Positions 1-7,697 of a stretch of DNA of 64,000 nt are shown piece after piece. Source of the DNA: Longimicrobiales bacterium (GTDB taxonomy: Bacteria; Gemmatimonadota; Gemmatimonadetes; Longimicrobiales; Gaopeijiaceae); contig OZ242008.1 of assembly GCA_965204735.1 (NCBI GenBank), forward strand, positions 904,191 through 968,190, given 5' to 3'. Under the pieces are notes generated by a model. That model did no database searches and was not told the DNA's origin. It saw only the letters and a program-made list of their open reading frames with translations. Each line of letters opens with the position of its first letter. The stretch's first letter is position 1. Made by a program: the position numbers and the translations under genes.

Positions 1-1062
1 TTGCATGAACTCCAACCGATTCTTCAGCCCCGGGCAGCCGAGTTGGAGGCGATCCTGGAAGGAATGGAGTCGCTGACGGTTAGTCCGACCGTCGCATTGG
101 ACGCTTTGGAAGAAAGGTTGGCACATGAAGACAGGTGGCTGTTCGTGGGCTACGACGAACTGGACACGCTGGGCGGAACCCAGTGGTCCTTGATGGCAAG
201 AATGATTAGAGGATTGATGGCGTTCTGGTCCGGCTACGGCAGGCGGTGGCAGCGCCTGCGAGCCAAGATTTTTCTCCGATCCGACCTCTTTCGGCGACAC
301 GCCGACATGGGCACTGCCGATTTTGCCAAGCTCGCCGCCAATCGTGCCGAGCTAGTGTGGTCGAACGCGGCGATCCTTGGGATGTTGGTCAAGAGGATCG
401 CGAATACGTCGTCGGAGCTGGCGGAGTACTGCAGGGGTACGAAAACCAAAATCGGGTTCGAACAGCATGCCCGGCTGGGACTCATTCCACGAGTGGAGCG
501 TCCAGAGGACGCATTTCCGTTGTTGGAACGAATGGTTGGCGAGCACATGGGAGCCACCAGGAAGAAGGGCTATGTTCGCAACTGGATATTCACGCACTTG
601 CATGACGGCAACAAGCATATAAGCCCTCGAACGATGGTCCGGCTATTCGAGAACGCTGCCACCAAGGATGCGGCGAACCAACTAGTGTCCGCACCTCGGC
701 TGCTGCACCCTACTGCCCTTCGGCAGGGCCTGAGCGACGTAGCGAGAGACCACGTCACCCAAGGACATCACGAGTGGCCGTGGCTGGAAGGGGTCGAACG
801 TCGTCTCGCCGTGGAGCCGCTCGTACCATGGCCACGCAGGCGCTTCAATGCGCTGTTGTCGAAAGAGTGGAGCGGGGATTGGCATGCTTCCGGTCCTGCT
901 GTTCGACCGCCGACCGATCGACCGGCCGACCTTGCCGACTACCTGATTGAACTGGGAATCGTGCGAAAGCGCACGGACGACAGGATCGACGTTCCTGATC
1001 TCTATCTGTTTGGTCTTGGCCTTCGACGCAAGGGAGGGGTCAAGGCGAGAGCTGGCGCGTAG
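1..1062 (+). CDS. Hypothetical protein, 5'-truncated at window edge (possible NTPase-associated region)
   Basis: The frame is open from base 1 to TAG at 1060-1062. It has a 'FVGYDELDTLGG' Walker-B-like stretch. GC is visibly lower than in the adjacent metY. No family confidently recognised. Confidence 0.4.
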   Translation: MHELQPILQPRAAELEAILEGMESLTVSPTVALDALEERLAHEDRWLFVGYDELDTLGGTQWSLMARMIRGLMAFWSGYGRRWQRLRAKIFLRSDLFRRHADMGTADFAKLAANRAELVWSNAAILGMLVKRIANTSSELAEYCRGTKTKIGFEQHARLGLIPRVERPEDAFPLLERMVGEHMGATRKKGYVRNWIFTHLHDGNKHISPRTMVRLFENAATKDAANQLVSAPRLLHPTALRQGLSDVARDHVTQGHHEWPWLEGVERRLAVEPLVPWPRRRFNALLSKEWSGDWHASGPAVRPPTDRPADLADYLIELGIVRKRTDDRIDVPDLYLFGLGLRRKGGVKARAGA

Positions 1063-1232
1063 CAGGCAGGGCCGTCCGCGACGCGGCGGAGCCAGATGGC
1101 GGGCCTGCCGCCCCCCGGTAAGCATCCGGCTTCTTCGGCGTATCCTTGGGACCGCTCCGCGCAACGCGGGCGGGACGAACCCGGATCCCGCGCGACCGCA
1201 GGGACCCATCCCCCCGAGGAGAACCATCCGAA

Positions 1233-2507
1233 ATGAGAATCGAGACGCTGGCCGTCCACGCCGGCTACGAGCCCGACCCGACCACGAAGGCGGTGGCGGT
1301 GCCGATCTACCAGACCACCGCCTACGCCTTCGACGACACCCAGCACGGGGCTGACCTCTTCGACCTGAAGGTCGAGGGCAACATCTACACCCGGATCATG
1401 AACCCGACCCAGGCGGTGCTGGAGCAGCGGCTGGCGGCGCTGGAAGGGGGCGTCGGCGCCCTTGCGCTCTCGTCGGGACAGGCCGCTTCGACCTACGCGG
1501 TCCTGACCATCGCCGGCGCTGGCGACAACATCGTCAGCACGTCCACCCTCTACGGGGGCACCTACAACCTCTTCGCCCACACCTTCCCGCAGCTCGGGAT
1601 CGAGACGCGCTTCGTGGCGCCGAACGACTTCGACGCAGTCGCGGCGCAGATCGACGAGCGGACCAAGGCGGTCTACTGCGAATCGATCGGCAACCCCGCC
1701 GGGAACGTGGCGGACGTGGAGCGGATCGCCGAGGTGGCCCACGCCCAGGGCGTGCCGGTGATCGTCGACAACACGGTGCCCACCCCCTACCTCTCCCGCC
1801 CCTTCGAGCACGGCGCCGACATCGTGGTCCACTCGATCACGAAGTACATCGGAGGACACGGCACGATCATCGGCGGCGCCCTCGTCGACTCGGGGACCTT
1901 CGACTGGGCTGCCCACCCGGAGCGCTTCCCGAGCCTCACCCAGCCCGACGCCTCCTACCACGGCATGGTCTACACCGAGGCCGTGGGCGAGCTGGCCTAC
2001 ATCGTCCGGGCCAGGGTCGTGCCGCTCCGCAACATCGGCGCCGCCATCTCGCCCCACACCGCGTTTCTCGCCCTCCAGGGGCTGGAGACGCTCCCGCTGC
2101 GGATGGACCGGATATGCGACAACGCGACGGCGGTGGCCGAACACCTCCGGCAGCGTCCGCAAGTCGAATGGGTGCGCTACGCCGGACTGGCCGACAGCCC
2201 CGAGCAGCCTCTCCTTAAGAAGTACGCGGGCGGGCGCGCGGCGGGCATCCTCAGCTTCGGGATCAAGGGCGGTCGGGAAGCCGGCGCGCGCTTCATCGAC
2301 GCGCTGCAGCTCGTGACCCGCTTGGTGAACATCGGCGACGCCAAGTCGCTGGCCACCCATCCGGCCACCACCACGCACCGGCAGCTTTCGGAGAAAGAGC
2401 TGGCGGACACCGGCGTCACGGAGGACTTGGTGCGGCTCTCCATCGGGATCGAGCACGTGGACGACATCGTGGAGGACCTGGACCAGGCGCTGGCAGCGGC
2501 AGAGTAG
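1233..2507 (+). CDS. metY: O-acetylhomoserine/O-acetylserine sulfhydrylase (PLP-dependent Cys/Met metabolism family)
   Basis: The translation 'MRIETLAVHAGYEPDPTTKAVAVPIYQTTAYAFDD...NPTQAVLEQRLAALEGG' is typical of the family, with the PLP-lysine motif 'HSITKYIGGHG'. I placed the start at ATG 1233 rather than at the ORF-track start. Confidence 0.85.
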   Translation: MRIETLAVHAGYEPDPTTKAVAVPIYQTTAYAFDDTQHGADLFDLKVEGNIYTRIMNPTQAVLEQRLAALEGGVGALALSSGQAASTYAVLTIAGAGDNIVSTSTLYGGTYNLFAHTFPQLGIETRFVAPNDFDAVAAQIDERTKAVYCESIGNPAGNVADVERIAEVAHAQGVPVIVDNTVPTPYLSRPFEHGADIVVHSITKYIGGHGTIIGGALVDSGTFDWAAHPERFPSLTQPDASYHGMVYTEAVGELAYIVRARVVPLRNIGAAISPHTAFLALQGLETLPLRMDRICDNATAVAEHLRQRPQVEWVRYAGLADSPEQPLLKKYAGGRAAGILSFGIKGGREAGARFIDALQLVTRLVNIGDAKSLATHPATTTHRQLSEKELADTGVTEDLVRLSIGIEHVDDIVEDLDQALAAAE

Positions 2508-2775
2508 AGGAGTCGGGCCGGCGCTGGCCGGACGGTTTCGGGCCGACGACCTGCCTCTCCGACCAGCCGCAGACGCGACCTCTCAACCCCTCCGGACTCG
2601 GTCGCCGTGGGGTCGGAGGCGCGCCCGGAACCAAGGCGCGTCTCCGGTCCCATGGCGTCCGCGGTCCCGTGCTCCCACCTTGCAGTGCATTCCCAGCAAG
2701 CGCCCGCCGCACGCTTCCGGGTCGCCCGGCGGCAGTGCTTGGGCTTGCCACCACCGACCCCCATCGGAGTTCGTC

Positions 2776-3417
2776 ATGAAGTCTTGGACCCAAGCCCCGG
2801 CGGCATCCGTCGCCCTCGCGATCGTCGCTGCGGTCGCGGTCGCAGCCGGCTTCGCGCCCAGCGCCTTCGCCCAGACCCGGGTCCTCGGCCCAGCGGACGG
2901 CCACGACCTGCCCGCCACCGATCTGGAGCGCGTGGCCGTGGGCGCCGAGGCCCCGCTCTTCGCCTTGGAGTCCTTCGGCGGCGGGACCGTCGCCCTGGCG
3001 GAGTACCGAGGCGTGAAGAACGTCGTTCTCGTCTTCTACCGCGGGCACTGGTGACCCTGGTGCGCCCGTCAGCTCGGCGAGCTGAGAGACCTCTTGCCCC
3101 CGCACCTGACGGCGGAAACCGAGATCGTGACGGTTTCGGTGGACGACCAGGAGAAGCAGCAGATGATGATCGACAGGATCGTGGCGGAAGGCGGCGCGGT
3201 CCCGGACTTCACCATGCTCTCCGACCCGGACCACCGCGTGATCGACCGCTACGGCCTCTTCAACCCCGACTCGCGTCCGAACCGACCGGTTCCCCATCCA
3301 GCGACCTACGTGATCGACAAGGAGGGGATCGTGCGGTGGGGGTTCGTCGAGGTGGACTACCGGCTGCGGCCCTCCAACGAGGACGTCTTGGCGGCCCTGC
3401 AGGCCCTGGCAGGCTAG
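2776..3417 (+). CDS. Peroxiredoxin-like (AhpC/TSA, PRX_like2-type) thiol:disulfide oxidoreductase, predicted selenoprotein with in-frame UGA at 3052-3054
   Basis: ORFs 2680..3054 and 3094..3417 are in the same frame. The junction reads 'VLVFYRGHW-[UGA]-PWCARQLGEL', matching the family motif FYRGxWCPxC with UGA at the first Cys. The N-terminal signal peptide is 'MKSWTQAPAASVALAIVAAVAVAAGFAPSAFA'. The downstream part, 'TVSVDD...HPATYVIDKEGIVRW', completes a thioredoxin fold. Confidence 0.7.
3069..3085 (+). promoter_or_regulatory. Candidate bacterial SECIS hairpin
   Basis: The sequence tcagctc-ggc-gagctga forms a 7-bp stem with a G-containing apical loop. The stem begins 15 nt after the UGA at 3052-3054. 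It is short and I have not tested it against a SECIS model. Confidence 0.35.
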
Positions 3418-3418
3418 C

Positions 3419-3449
3419 GCCGGCCGTCCAGCTGGCGGGCGCGGCCGGC
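3419..3449 (+). terminator. Possible intrinsic terminator hairpin after the Prx-like gene
   Basis: The stem is gccggccg...cggccggc (8 bp) with a 15-nt loop, directly after stop 3415-3417. It is followed by 'ccgctttccc', a weak T tract. Confidence 0.3.
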
Positions 3450-3589
3450 CCGCTTTCCCAACGAAAAATGCGGGGTTCGCCAGCGGAAAAAAAATAGTCC
3501 CAACGAGACATGGGAACGCCCATCGGGGGGTATTAAACTCGGGTCACGCGGATCGAAGGCCCACCTTCCACCCATCCCGAGTCCTCCAG

Positions 3590-4258
3590 ATGAACCCTCC
3601 TCGTTGGCTCGCGCCTGGTCCTGCGCGGCGCTCTCTCCCCTCTCGGGGACGCAGCCGCCGGGCCGCAGCTCTGTCGATACTCCTCGCGACGCCGCTGACG
3701 GCGGCCGCCGCGGGGTTCATGGCAGCCGACCCGATGCGCTTGAGCCGCGCGGCAGCGCGGGCGCAGGTGATGGTCCTTGGGGGGACCTACGAAGGACGAG
3801 AAGGGGTGATCCTGCAGTCGGGGATGAACGACTGCGGACCGGCTGCGCTGGCGAACGTGCTGAAGGTCCTCGACATCGACGCGACTTCTCTGGATTCCCT
3901 GGAAGCGCTGGCCGGCACGGGTCCAGAGGGAACCTTGGCGAGCGGCCTCGTCCGCGCCGCCGCGGCGTTCGGCCTCCAGCTCGCCCTGACGCGAGTCGAA
4001 TGGGAGCGGCGGGGGCAGGTGCCGACGCCGTTCATCGCGTGGGTTCACGAGAGCCACTTCGTCGCCGTGACGGAACGGACCCAGGGCCGCTTCACGGTCT
4101 TGGATCCCCAGATGGGCCGCTACTCGATCGACGAATCCGCGTTCCGGTCGATCTGGACCGGGCAAGCGATCGTCCTTGCCCACCCGCCCAGAACTGCCGC
4201 GGCGACGCACGTCGCGGTCCCCCGATCCCCCGATTCTCGGGAGGAGGAAGCATCATGA
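3590..4258 (+). CDS. Peptidase C39 (bacteriocin-processing cysteine protease) domain protein, standalone, with N-terminal signal/anchor
   Basis: It has 'QSGMNDCGPAALANVL' (catalytic Cys context), 'WVHESHFVAVTE' (catalytic His context) and 'VLDPQMG'. The N-terminal hydrophobic segment is 'AAALSILLATPLTAAAAGFMA'. No ABC transporter domain is fused. The stop overlaps the next start as ATGA at 4255-4258. Confidence 0.8.
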   Translation: MNPPRWLAPGPARRSLPSRGRSRRAAALSILLATPLTAAAAGFMAADPMRLSRAAARAQVMVLGGTYEGREGVILQSGMNDCGPAALANVLKVLDIDATSLDSLEALAGTGPEGTLASGLVRAAAAFGLQLALTRVEWERRGQVPTPFIAWVHESHFVAVTERTQGRFTVLDPQMGRYSIDESAFRSIWTGQAIVLAHPPRTAAATHVAVPRSPDSREEEAS

Positions 4259-4551
4259 GCAAGTCTCGCGCTCTCGTTCTCGCCCTGTCCCTTTCGGTTG
4301 GCCTAGCCGGGATGAACGCAGGGCTTCCCGCAGGCGCCGCCGAAGCTGCACCCACCAGCGTCACGGCCTCGCCAGACACCCTGTCGGTCGCCGAAGCTCC
4401 GATCCCGACCGCTGTCGACGTGATGGGCAGCGGCCGCTGGTGGGGAAAGGCTTGGCGGCTGGCCAAGTGCGTCGGTCTCGGGATCCTCACCGGGCTTGTC
4501 AACCCAGCGTACAGCGGCGTCAAGTTCATGACCTGCTACTTCAGCGCCTGA
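4255..4551 (+). CDS. Precursor peptide P1 (signal-like N-terminus, Pro/Ala spacer, GSG motif, cationic/hydrophobic 2-Cys core)
   Basis: The RBS gggaggagga lies upstream. The peptide reads 'MSKSRALVLALSLSVGLAGMNAG...VDVMGSG|RWWGKAWRLAKCVGLGILTGLVNPAYSGVKFMTCYFSA'. It is paralogous to P2-P4. Confidence 0.6.
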   Translation: MSKSRALVLALSLSVGLAGMNAGLPAGAAEAAPTSVTASPDTLSVAEAPIPTAVDVMGSGRWWGKAWRLAKCVGLGILTGLVNPAYSGVKFMTCYFSA

Positions 4552-4642
4552 CTCGCTGCCGTCCCTTCGTCCGGGCTAAGCGTGCCGCGACAACCAAGTG
4601 TCGAGGCATTCCCACTCAACCCGTCTTCTCGGGAGGAACACC

Positions 4643-4936
4643 ATGAAGAAGTCCCGCAGACTCGTCTTCGTCCTGGCTCTTTCGACCGGACTCCTCGGCA
4701 TGAACGCTGGACCTCCAGGCGCACTGCCGGCGCGCCCGGGTGCCGACGCCCCGTCGGCCATGCTCGGGGCTGTTCCGACCCCAGTCACCGACGCCCTCGA
4801 CATCGCGGGCAGCGGCACGAAATGGAAGAGGTGGGCGTGCTGGACATGCTTCGGCGTCGGCGTTGCCGTCACCATGAGCCCCTTCGCAATAGTGGGCGCC
4901 CTCATCCTTGTCGGATGCGGAAAGGCGTGCTTCTAG
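4643..4936 (+). CDS. Precursor peptide P2 (GSG motif, 4-Cys hydrophobic core)
   Basis: The RBS gggagg lies upstream. The peptide reads 'MKKSRRLVFVLALSTGLLGMNAG...LDIAGSG|TKWKRWACWTCFGVGVAVTMSPFAIVGALILVGCGKACF'. It shares the upstream 'tctcgggagga' with P1. Confidence 0.6.
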   Translation: MKKSRRLVFVLALSTGLLGMNAGPPGALPARPGADAPSAMLGAVPTPVTDALDIAGSGTKWKRWACWTCFGVGVAVTMSPFAIVGALILVGCGKACF

Positions 4937-4978
4937 CCTAGCACACTCTCTGCCCCCTGCTCGCTACCCTCTGGCTGG

Positions 4979-4999
4979 CCGCGGCGACCTGCGCCGCGG
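4979..4999 (+). other. GC-rich hairpin between P2 and P3
   Basis: The sequence ccgcggcg-acctg-cgccgcgg forms an 8-bp stem with a 5-nt loop. No T tract follows. Confidence 0.25.
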
Positions 5000-5037
5000 A
5001 CTTCATTCGCTCATCTACCCACATCGGGAGACATGTC

Positions 5038-5331
5038 ATGAACAATTCTCGTTCTCGCACGGTCGTTCTCGCCCTCGCTCTCTCGCTCGGCCTCTCCGCA
5101 CCGGGCGCCACCCTGTCTTCGCCGTCGCCAAGCACGAGTCCTACGTCGGCCACGGTCGCCGATGTCCAGGGCGCAGGCTGGGGTGCAATCCTGGCCTGTG
5201 CGGGCTGTGTTGCCGGAGCCGTCGCCCTCATCGCGTCGGGTGGGAGCGCGGTCGCTGCGGCGCTCTCCGTCCGAGGGTCGTCGCTCGCTGCCGCAGTATG
5301 CGTCGCCGCCTGCGTCGAAGCGTTGAGGTAG
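5038..5331 (+). CDS. Precursor peptide P3 (GAG motif, 4-Cys Gly/Ala-rich core)
   Basis: The peptide reads 'MNNSRSRTVVLALALSLGLSAPG...VADVQGAG|WGAILACAGCVAGAVALIASGGSAVAAALSVRGSSLAAAVCVAACVEALR'. Confidence 0.6.
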   Translation: MNNSRSRTVVLALALSLGLSAPGATLSSPSPSTSPTSATVADVQGAGWGAILACAGCVAGAVALIASGGSAVAAALSVRGSSLAAAVCVAACVEALR

Positions 5332-5371
5332 CAGGCTTCCTTCCTCACCCCAAAACCAAAGGACACTAGCC

Positions 5372-5665
5372 GTGAGATACACAACACTTCGCCTGGCGGT
5401 GGCACTGCTGGCAGCCTTGTCCCTCGCCCAGTCCACAGCGACAGGCTACGTGCCGGTCGAACCGGCGGCAACAGACGTTCGTCCCGCACCGCTCGCAACG
5501 GCGGAAGGCGGCCTCGTCGGAGCTGGCTGGTTCTCTACGGCCGTCTGCATCGGATGCATAGCAGGGGCCTTAGTCACCGGCGGAGCCAGCATCGCCGGAC
5601 TAGTCCTGTGGGTGGCGGCGCATCCCATAATCACAGGGTTCTGCATCGGAGCCTGCGTAGCCTGA
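5372..5665 (+). CDS. Precursor peptide P4 (GAG motif, 4-Cys hydrophobic core; GTG start)
   Basis: The RBS aaagga lies 8 nt upstream of GTG 5372. The peptide reads 'MRYTTLRLAVALLAALSLAQS...GGLVGAG|WFSTAVCIGCIAGALVTGGASIAGLVLWVAAHPIITGFCIGACVA'. Confidence 0.6.
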   Translation: MRYTTLRLAVALLAALSLAQSTATGYVPVEPAATDVRPAPLATAEGGLVGAGWFSTAVCIGCIAGALVTGGASIAGLVLWVAAHPIITGFCIGACVA

Positions 5666-5682
5666 CGCCCGTCGGCTCGTTG

Positions 5683-5713
5683 GCCCGGGCGCGTCGAGTC
5701 GATGCGCCCGGGC
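5683..5713 (+). terminator. Strong GC hairpin after the last precursor gene (possible partial terminator/attenuator)
   Basis: The sequence gcccgggcgc-gtcgagtcgat-gcgcccgggc forms a perfect 10-bp stem with an 11-nt loop, 18 nt after the P4 stop. It is followed by 'cttctcccc', so there is no real U tract. Confidence 0.4.
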
Positions 5714-5738
5714 CTTCTCCCCCCAACCACGAGCGAAC

Positions 5739-6302
5739 ATGACGTTCTCGACTTCCCCCGCAAAGAAGAAGGCGATGGCCGCGGTCTCGGCGGCTGGCGC
5801 CCTCGCTCTCGCCGGGGCCCCCTTTCTGCTGCTGGACGCACCCGGAACCACAAGAGGACCGCCCGAGCCCCCCTGGTCCTTTCCGGCCGTCGCGGCGCAG
5901 GGCCTGCAGGGCCATCGCTGGAGCTCTACGGCCGACTTGGCTCGGCCGGCCGCTCTCATGTACGTCGACGAAGCGTGCGTTCACTGCAAGGCGGAGCTGC
6001 GCACCTGGGAATCGCTGGCTCCACGGGCCGACGGGGCGGAACTCTGGATCGTCGCTTCGCCGTCTTCGGACACGCGACAGGCTTCCTGGGCGCCGAGCTC
6101 GCTCCGAGGTCGCGTGCTCAGCGACGCCGACGGAAGCGTCGCGAGGGCACTGAACGTGAAGGCCGTGCCGGTCACCTTTTGGATCGATGCGACCGACACC
6201 GTGCGGTTCGTGCATGTCGGACGCAGCCCACGCCAGCGAATCGCGGAAACCATGCAGTCGATCGCCCGGACTGCACCAGCGCTGGAGACTCGTCCGAAAT
6301 GA
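5739..6302 (+). CDS. TlpA/thioredoxin-like thiol:disulfide oxidoreductase, membrane-anchored or exported
   Basis: It has the CxxC motif 'YVDEACVHCKAEL' and an N-terminal hydrophobic segment 'AAVSAAGALALAGAPFLLL'. The thioredoxin-fold tail reads 'AVPVTFWIDATDTVRFVHVG'. Confidence 0.7.
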   Translation: MTFSTSPAKKKAMAAVSAAGALALAGAPFLLLDAPGTTRGPPEPPWSFPAVAAQGLQGHRWSSTADLARPAALMYVDEACVHCKAELRTWESLAPRADGAELWIVASPSSDTRQASWAPSSLRGRVLSDADGSVARALNVKAVPVTFWIDATDTVRFVHVGRSPRQRIAETMQSIARTAPALETRPK

Positions 6303-6949
6303 CCGACGCGAGTTCGCGGAGCCTTTCCGCGGTCAAGAGGTTTCCCGGCCACTTGGTCCCGGGCATGGACGACATCCGCGCCCACAAGCCCATCCTGGCG
6401 CCCGTCGTCGCGGGGTGGCTCCTTGCCTTCGCCTCGGCCTGGTCCCTTTGGCCTTTCATGACGAGCGCGCTGCCCCCCGAGCAGATCGACGCCGTAGGCG
6501 TGCTGTTCTGGGGATCGGCCGTGCTGGCTCCCTTCTTGATGCTGGCGAAGGCCGGCGTGCTGGCCGTCGTGGGCTGGGCAGTCCTGATTCTGTCCAACTC
6601 AGACCGGCGCCTGCGTTCTCTATACTCGATTCTGCTGTACGGCGAGGCCGTTCTGGCGGCCCAGGGCGTCTTCGCGGCAATCTTGCTGCGGGCGACCACC
6701 GACGGCGCGCCACACTCTCCGGAAGACCTCAAGGCCGCCTTGGGGCTCGCGGCGCTGGCGCCTGCGTCCAGTCCGGTCTTGCAGGCCATGGCCAGCGGCC
6801 TTACGCTGCTGCATGTTGCTTGGTACGCCTTCCTGTATGTCTGCTTTCGACGAGCGCTCGATCTGGGGCGGCTTCCGGCGTGCGCGCTGGCTGCGCTGTT
6901 CTGGCTCGCGCTGCTGGGGTTTGCAGTCGCAGGAGCTTCGTTCCTCTAA
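6299..6949 (+). CDS. Polytopic membrane protein (Yip1-domain-like), candidate immunity/accessory protein
   Basis: The ATG overlaps the upstream stop as ATGA at 6299-6302. Several hydrophobic helices are visible (e.g. 'ILAPVVAGWLLAFASAWSLWPF', 'GVLAVVGWAVLILS', 'ACALAALFWLALLGFAVAGASFL'). Confidence 0.5.
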   Translation: MTDASSRSLSAVKRFPGHLVPGMDDIRAHKPILAPVVAGWLLAFASAWSLWPFMTSALPPEQIDAVGVLFWGSAVLAPFLMLAKAGVLAVVGWAVLILSNSDRRLRSLYSILLYGEAVLAAQGVFAAILLRATTDGAPHSPEDLKAALGLAALAPASSPVLQAMASGLTLLHVAWYAFLYVCFRRALDLGRLPACALAALFWLALLGFAVAGASFL

Positions 6950-6971
6950 CCAGCTGAGCTGATCGCGATCA

Positions 6972-7697
6972 ATGGTGAGCCTGAAGGAACTCAGCGTTCA
7001 GTATCCCAACTTCCGCCTTGAACCACTGAGTCTCGAATTCAGCGCTGGAGAGAAGGTCGCTCTGGTGGGCGCCAACGGCGCCGGCAAGAGCACCACGCTG
7101 AAGGCCATCGCCGGCCGATCCAGGGAGTACGAGGGCGCCGTGGAGATCCGCGGCCGGGAGGTGCGTTCCCAGCTCCCGGAGATCCGCACGAAGATCGGAT
7201 TCCTCCCGGAACGCCTCCTGGGGTTCGGGTGGATGTCGGTGGAGGAGCACTTGGCCTTCCTCTCCAACTTCTTTCCGACCTGGGACCACGGCTACGCGAG
7301 GGATCTCCTCCGCCGTCTCGACCTGCCTTCCGGCTCCAAGGTCGGCACGCTCTCGAAGGGGATGGCCGTAAAGCTCTCATTGGTCGCGGCCGAGGCGTTT
7401 CGTCCGCCCATCCTCATTCTCGACGAGCCTACGTCCGGCATCGACCCGCTCATGCGCGGCGAGCTGCTGGAAGTGGTCAATGAAGCGGTGCCCGACGGAC
7501 ACGACCGCTTGGTTCTATTCTCGAGCCACATCCTCGAAGACATCGAGCAGGTCTCGGACCGGGTGGTCATGTTGCGCCAGGGCAAGCTGGTAGGCGACAC
7601 CACCATTGCCGACCTTCGCGCCCGCGACCCGGAATCTTCCGTCTCCCAACTCCTCTACTCCGCACTGGCGTCCGATGAACCAACATCACCTGCGTAG
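6972..7697 (+). CDS. ABC transporter ATP-binding protein
   Basis: Walker A is 'GANGAGKST', the signature is 'LSKGMAVKLSL', Walker B is 'ILILDEPTSGIDP' and the H-loop is 'SSHIL'. Confidence 0.9.
   Translation: MVSLKELSVQYPNFRLEPLSLEFSAGEKVALVGANGAGKSTTLKAIAGRSREYEGAVEIRGREVRSQLPEIRTKIGFLPERLLGFGWMSVEEHLAFLSNFFPTWDHGYARDLLRRLDLPSGSKVGTLSKGMAVKLSLVAAEAFRPPILILDEPTSGIDPLMRGELLEVVNEAVPDGHDRLVLFSSHILEDIEQVSDRVVMLRQGKLVGDTTIADLRARDPESSVSQLLYSALASDEPTSPA

Noticed and set aside
1063-1232. A possible SAM or other riboswitch in the 170-nt leader upstream of metY. The leader has some pairing potential, for example gcaggc...gcctgc.
   Set aside because: I could not match any SAM-I, SAM-II or SAM-IV consensus core by eye. 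A covariance-model scan (Rfam/Infernal) would be needed, so I make no call.
2680-3417. Interpreting 2680..3054 and 3094..3417 as two separate small genes, or as a pseudogene disrupted by a nonsense mutation.
   Set aside because: The two ORFs share one frame and are separated by a single TGA that falls exactly on the redox Cys of a conserved CxxC motif, with a hairpin downstream. Sec read-through is the more parsimonious explanation. A pseudogene cannot be formally excluded without finding the Sec machinery elsewhere in the genome.
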